From an uncultured virus (IMG/VR IMGVR_UViG_3300047496_000236) (lineage: Duplodnaviria; Heunggongvirae; Uroviricota; Caudoviricetes), in IMG/VR virus record IMGVR_UViG_3300047496_000236: a stretch of 20,000 bases of DNA. The stretch is one strand, 5' to 3'. Under the pieces are notes generated by a model, which saw only the letters and a program-made list of their open reading frames with translations, was not told the DNA's origin and searched no databases. Positions within the stretch are counted from its first letter, which is position 1. Every line of letters begins with the position of its first letter. Made by a program: the position numbers and the translations under genes. Shown here in pieces: positions 15,822-20,000 of the stretch.

Positions 15822-16194
15822 GACGACTCGACATGATCTCGAGATCGAGCCCGTGTTGTTCCCCGGGCATCTCGATCTTGTCGAAGGAGACCTCAGTGGC
15901 GGTCCTGAGACTCCAGGCCTGATCCCCGTTCACGATGAGGAATAGCCTGTCGGCCACCATGATGGCCTGGAGATCGCCGCCCTTGAGGACAATCCGGGCC
16001 ACCGTAGCCATGGCGATTTCCGGGGCGCAGTACAGCACGAGATGCACGTAGGTGAACAGAACCGCGAGGGTCTTCGGGTTCGCGAAGGCGCCTTCCTGGT
16101 CTCCGGCAGCGAGCTGCAGGGAGGCCCCATAGAGGCGATCCGCGGGGAGGCCCATCACATTGGCGAGGGCGTCATAGGGGATTTTGAGGCTCAT
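15670..16194 (-). CDS. Hypothetical protein (174 aa)
   Basis: ATG 16194 (MSLKIPYDALANVMG) overlaps the TGA of the upstream gene; last gene of the coupled minus-strand operon. Confidence 0.65.
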   Translation of the reverse strand: MSLKIPYDALANVMGLPADRLYGASLQLAAGDQEGAFANPKTLAVLFTYVHLVLYCAPEIAMATVARIVLKGGDLQAIMVADRLFLIVNGDQAWSLRTATEVSFDKIEMPGEQHGLDLEIMSSRLIEAAHHLEHQRAARQRMSVGREAPAAVAEGAAPATAAGPPDPELSQQAP

Positions 16195-16475
16195 AGCACA
16201 GTTCTCCGGGGGAACCCAGGGGTTGACACAAAGATGAGGAGCTGGTCCACACCGAGCAGCTTCTTCAGAGCTGCCTGACGATCCGCACCGAGACCCAAGA
16301 TGCAAGTGCGGACCGCGTTGCCGTCCATGCTCTTCTTGGCTTGGGCAGCCTTCCCGGGGCAGTTGCAGGGCGGGGCGTCCTCGACCTTGAAGAACTGCAG
16401 ACACGGGAACTGGGCTCTCTGAGGGTTGCTCAGGAACCCCAAGATGGTTTCGTCATCGAGCACCAAGGCGCTCAT
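16191..16475 (-). CDS. Hypothetical protein (94 aa, Cys-containing)
   Basis: ATGA overlaps at both ends; FPCL, PCNCPG motifs. Confidence 0.75.
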   Translation of the reverse strand: MSALVLDDETILGFLSNPQRAQFPCLQFFKVEDAPPCNCPGKAAQAKKSMDGNAVRTCILGLGADRQAALKKLLGVDQLLIFVSTPGFPRRTVL

Positions 16476-16846
16476 ATCACGTAGCTCTCTGCTGGGACCA
16501 TAGTGTTCAGGATGACACGGGTCCTGATGTACTCATCGAGCTCAGCCAGGATGGCCTGGAGCCCCTTCTGGATGATGTGGAGATCCTCGCAGACCGCCTT
16601 GATGCGGTCAATGCGGGAGGTCCCGGTAGCATCTGGGGTCGGATACAGCGGAACGGCGTCGTCCTCAAGGGGGGTCGCGACCCAGAACAAAGGGGTCCCC
16701 GGAGTGATGCAGAACCTCGCGATGTCCCCCAGGCGATTCTCGAGACACCTCACGGCCAAGGTGTAGTTGCCGGTGGCGTCCTGGGTAATCGAGGTGTCGA
16801 CCTGAATCATGTCGGCATGGCCGAACGGTAGCCAGATCGTGCTCAT
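16472..16846 (-). CDS. Hypothetical protein (124 aa), probable paralog of 16843-17178
   Basis: ATGA overlaps at both ends; F.VAT..D...P...R...I pattern shared with the neighbour. Confidence 0.75.
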   Translation of the reverse strand: MSTIWLPFGHADMIQVDTSITQDATGNYTLAVRCLENRLGDIARFCITPGTPLFWVATPLEDDAVPLYPTPDATGTSRIDRIKAVCEDLHIIQKGLQAILAELDEYIRTRVILNTMVPAESYVI

Positions 16847-17178
16847 ATCGTGGCTCCGCTGAGGTCGATGCTTTCAGGAGGACCCGCCAAGGGCTTCCGA
16901 AGATCCGCGATGATGGCCTCGATCATGAGGTCCGCGATCTGCTTCGAAGGGGTATAGACATCGATCGTGGGGGTCCTGAAGGGGGTCCTAGTGGGATCCG
17001 TGGTGACGGTCTGGAGATCATAGGCTGTCGCGACGTGATCGAAGACCACAGAGAAGCCTGTGTTGACGCACACGAACAGCGCCGGATCCACGATGCCGCT
17101 GAGGGTCAGGATGACGCGGTACGCCTGCATCTTTTCCTGGTAGACCGCGGCGGGGCGTTGAACAGCGAGGGTCAGCAT
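16843..17178 (-). CDS. Hypothetical protein (111 aa), possible structural protein
   Basis: Starts 9 nt after the large structural gene; stop overlaps the next ATG. Confidence 0.75.
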   Translation of the reverse strand: MLTLAVQRPAAVYQEKMQAYRVILTLSGIVDPALFVCVNTGFSVVFDHVATAYDLQTVTTDPTRTPFRTPTIDVYTPSKQIADLMIEAIIADLRKPLAGPPESIDLSGATI

Positions 17179-17187
17179 GCCACCAGC

Positions 17188-20000
17188 TTAGCTAGGGATC
17201 GTGACCTGAAAGGGGCACCTGGCGATCTCGTTGCCCCCATCCATGACGAGGTCGATGTAGATCCAGATCGGGATCCCCTTGGGGAGCTCAGCGTTGTCGA
17301 CGAAGCGAAGTGTGAGCCCCGACGACGTATGAGAGGACAGCACGAGCTCCTTGATCTCGATGACATCCGAAGGGCTCGAGGGGACCTCAGAGGCTCCGGT
17401 GTTGTAGTAGGCCCTGACTTGGAAGGCTGTACGCCCCGCCACGGATACGGGGGTATCCAGGGTCACGAAGAGCGCGGAAGTGGTCTGAGTCAGGTGGATC
17501 TTGGAGACCACGAAGGTGTCCGTGATGTCGGCGTGGCTAGGGCCCCCGGGATACGGATAGGTTGGGTATGGCACGAAGATATCACCATTCAGGGAGTGCA
17601 GTTCCAGAGTTCCAGGGGCTGTGGTATCCCCTGGGATCCCTTCGAACCCCAGAACCCTAGTCGAAGCTGGGCTCCTGACCCAGGTCGCAGGTCCAGTGAA
17701 TATCTCCATGATGCCACGGAACTGGATAGCCGGGGACCCGCCGGTGGCGGAACCCCAGAGGAACCCCGGATGCACGTAGATGATCTCGGTGGCGACGAGC
17801 TTGTTGTAGTCATCGATGGCGACCAGGAGACAGAAGCCTGGCTTCACCGCCGTGAACACCAAGGTCCCGTGGGGGCCTGCGGCAATGGTGCCGGCGGAAC
17901 CAAAGAGCTTGTGGCTCGTGATGTTCCCACCGGCATGCACTATCGGCAACGTGGGGTTCGCCAGAGTGCAGAAGGAATACCGGCCGACGCGGCGCACGGG
18001 GGAGTAGTGGCCCAGAGCGAACCCGGTATCGGGGTTGGAGCCAGCGGGGATCACATTGGGACCTGAGATCGGATTATCGCTCTTCGTCAACCAGGTCGCC
18101 GGATCCCAGTCGTAGGGGGTGCTCGGACTCCAGCTATCAGTCGGGGACTGCGCATTGGGGTTCCCATGCAAGGAGAGCCCCATGTAGGCCCCGTCGAGGC
18201 GGAAACCGCCGAGGATCTGCTGGAGATGTTGGCTCTGGTGGCGTGGGAAGTCTCCAATGGGCTCGATGCTGGATCCGATCAGATTGGCGACCTTCTTCTG
18301 GGCGCTGAATTGGGTCTGATAGCTGAAGACGACTCCCAGGCTTCCCTCGTCGGTGCTGTAGGAATCCACGGTGCTGTCCTGCAGGGAGAGCAGCGTGATG
18401 AAGGCGGTCAGCACAGGGGTCTGGCGGTCCGTGCCAACGATTGGCGGTCCACTGGGTTCGTCTTGGGTGTCCGTGCTTGAAGATGTATACGAGACATTGA
18501 TTGAGGTCCCCGTGAAGACACCGCCCTGGGAGTTCGTGCTGGTGGGGCCTGATCCCGCATTGACCGACGTCATCGCGATCGAGCCGACAGTGATCTGGCC
18601 GGCAGAGACTACGTGGTACTCATTGGGCGATGATCCCGAGGTGTAGTTCAGGGCGGTCCCGCACGACACATAGACGTAGTACGCATCGAAGTCGAGGTTG
18701 CCATCGGGGTACGCCGCACCGCAATAGCTGTCGATGGTGTAGTAGCCCTGACCCCTAGCCCTAGAGATCGTAGCGGTGCTGTCGTTGAAGGAACCAACCC
18801 CGACGCCGCTGCCGTAGTTGTCGAAGGAATACGTGTAGGTCTGAATGAAGGAGTGCAGGGAGCCCGTGCCGGCGTCGGGATCCGTCCCGTCGTAGGTCGA
18901 ATCTCGGGTCGTGCTGTTCATGACGATGTCGACCATGAACCCGGGGGCCATGCGGGCTTCGAGGTGCAGGAAGAGCTCCGGGAGAGCCTTCACGGAGCCA
19001 TCGGGGTAGATCACCGTAGGGCCAGCCAGGTAGCCCCCATCGAGCTTGGCGCCGCCGCTCATGCCGGCGATAGCGGGCTGCTGGTCACGGTCATAGGTCA
19101 CGTAGAACGGGGCCACTGGCGACCACACCACAGTGTTTTGGCCCCCGGAGGGCCCAATGGCAAACGTGTTGCCGGTGGAGCTACCGTCGAAGCCGAAGAT
19201 CACATTGGACTGCGGGGTGTACGAGCCGGGGTCGTAGTAGGTGTCGTAGACGGTGTAACAGCTCAGGGGTTGGCCAGTCTTCTGAAGGCTGATGAGCCCT
19301 TCTACCAGCGGAGGCTGGAAGGTCGTCGTGGCCACCAGAGGCGCCGCGGCCTTCCAGACAACCCCGACCCCGAGGTGGACCCAGGCGCTATACCAGGTGC
19401 CCCCAGAGGCGACGAAATGGACCCCGAGGTCATCAGTGATGGCAGTGTTGACGACGAACTCGCCAACGACGCCTGAAGGAGGACTGCATCCATTGGAACT
19501 GATGGCCCAGGCGCCCCCGTTGCCCATACGGTAGATCCCGCCCAGAAACGGTCCAGCGGAGACCCCCCACCGCGGGACCACCGACGCCAACGTGGAGTAG
19601 TCCCGTATCAAGAAGGAATACACCAGGTTGCCGGGGGTCATCTCGCCTTCGGTGAGGACCCTGAGCCGGTCGTGCACATAGACGCGCCCGCTGACCCCAA
19701 CGGCCATGATAGGCAATGCCGGATCGGATCCGAGGTAACGGGACGGGGGCTCCGTGAGTCCCGCCGGCATCACGAAGCCGCCCACGGAGCCATACCCCAT
19801 ATAGAGATCCATGGGGCTCATGCCGGAGAGCCAGGACGACTTCTCCTCAGAGAGGCCCGGCGGGAGACCTGTAGGGGGTGCGCAGAATCCCTCGTCAACG
19901 AGGGTCTTGAAGATGCTGCTGACCTCCAACGGCTCAATGATGACGGCATCCTTAGCCGGGAACGTCTTGTCGAATCCGAGGGGGCGCCTGGTCCAGTACT
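17188..20000 (-). CDS. Large Gly/Ser/Thr/Tyr-rich probable tail/baseplate structural protein (5' end beyond window)
   Basis: Frame stays open from 17188 past the listed TTG at 19929 to the window edge (YWTRRPLGFDKTFPAK...); beta-rich composition typical of phage tail or fibre proteins. Function is inference. Confidence 0.65.
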   Translation of the reverse strand, partial: YWTRRPLGFDKTFPAKDAVIIEPLEVSSIFKTLVDEGFCAPPTGLPPGLSEEKSSWLSGMSPMDLYMGYGSVGGFVMPAGLTEPPSRYLGSDPALPIMAVGVSGRVYVHDRLRVLTEGEMTPGNLVYSFLIRDYSTLASVVPRWGVSAGPFLGGIYRMGNGGAWAISSNGCSPPSGVVGEFVVNTAITDDLGVHFVASGGTWYSAWVHLGVGVVWKAAAPLVATTTFQPPLVEGLISLQKTGQPLSCYTVYDTYYDPGSYTPQSNVIFGFDGSSTGNTFAIGPSGGQNTVVWSPVAPFYVTYDRDQQPAIAGMSGGAKLDGGYLAGPTVIYPDGSVKALPELFLHLEARMAPGFMVDIVMNSTTRDSTYDGTDPDAGTGSLHSFIQTYTYSFDNYGSGVGVGSFNDSTATISRARGQGYYTIDSYCGAAYPDGNLDFDAYYVYVSCGTALNYTSGSSPNEYHVVSAGQITVGSIAMTSVNAGSGPTSTNSQGGVFTGTSINVSYTSSSTDTQDEPSGPPIVGTDRQTPVLTAFITLLSLQDSTVDSYSTDEGSLGVVFSYQTQFSAQKKVANLIGSSIEPIGDFPRHQSQHLQQILGGFRLDGAYMGLSLHGNPNAQSPTDSWSPSTPYDWDPATWLTKSDNPISGPNVIPAGSNPDTGFALGHYSPVRRVGRYSFCTLANPTLPIVHAGGNITSHKLFGSAGTIAAGPHGTLVFTAVKPGFCLLVAIDDYNKLVATEIIYVHPGFLWGSATGGSPAIQFRGIMEIFTGPATWVRSPASTRVLGFEGIPGDTTAPGTLELHSLNGDIFVPYPTYPYPGGPSHADITDTFVVSKIHLTQTTSALFVTLDTPVSVAGRTAFQVRAYYNTGASEVPSSPSDVIEIKELVLSSHTSSGLTLRFVDNAELPKGIPIWIYIDLVMDGGNEIARCPFQVTIPS

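Noticed and set aside
8976..19534. Long antisense ORFs (e.g. 9480-10397, 10584-11384, 12559-13563, 17035-18066)
   Set aside because: Typical high-GC3 antisense shadows of well-supported genes

Overview
High-GC segment of what is most likely a large tailed (jumbo-type) phage genome. The left edge holds the N-terminal 360 codons of a gpA-like large terminase, which is missing from the supplied ORF track because it runs off the window. From about 1.2 to 8.3 kb on the minus strand lies an early/accessory-looking block. It has small genes with strong Shine-Dalgarno sites, a stand-alone C39-like cysteine peptidase, long hairpin-U-tract-GCTATC terminator modules and two long, hairpin-dense non-coding stretches (about 4020-4925 and 7810-8340) that look like structured RNAs. 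The centre carries an 846-aa protein made of two tandem RimK-like ATP-grasp units joined at a KTAS motif, translationally coupled to a RimI-like GNAT acetyltransferase, downstream of a K-x-A-rich 340-aa protein. Divergent from these are a zinc-finger primase/helicase-like gene with degenerate-looking catalytic motifs and a hypothetical gene. The right end is a coupled minus-strand operon of probable virion/tail genes. The most novel-looking signals are the ATP-grasp polyprotein + GNAT (+ C39 peptidase) modification module, the two candidate large ncRNAs, and a set of recurring cis-elements (a 16-20 bp palindrome twice, TAAATAA four times, a repeated hairpin-RBS cassette). All family calls come from motif recognition by eye, not from database searches.
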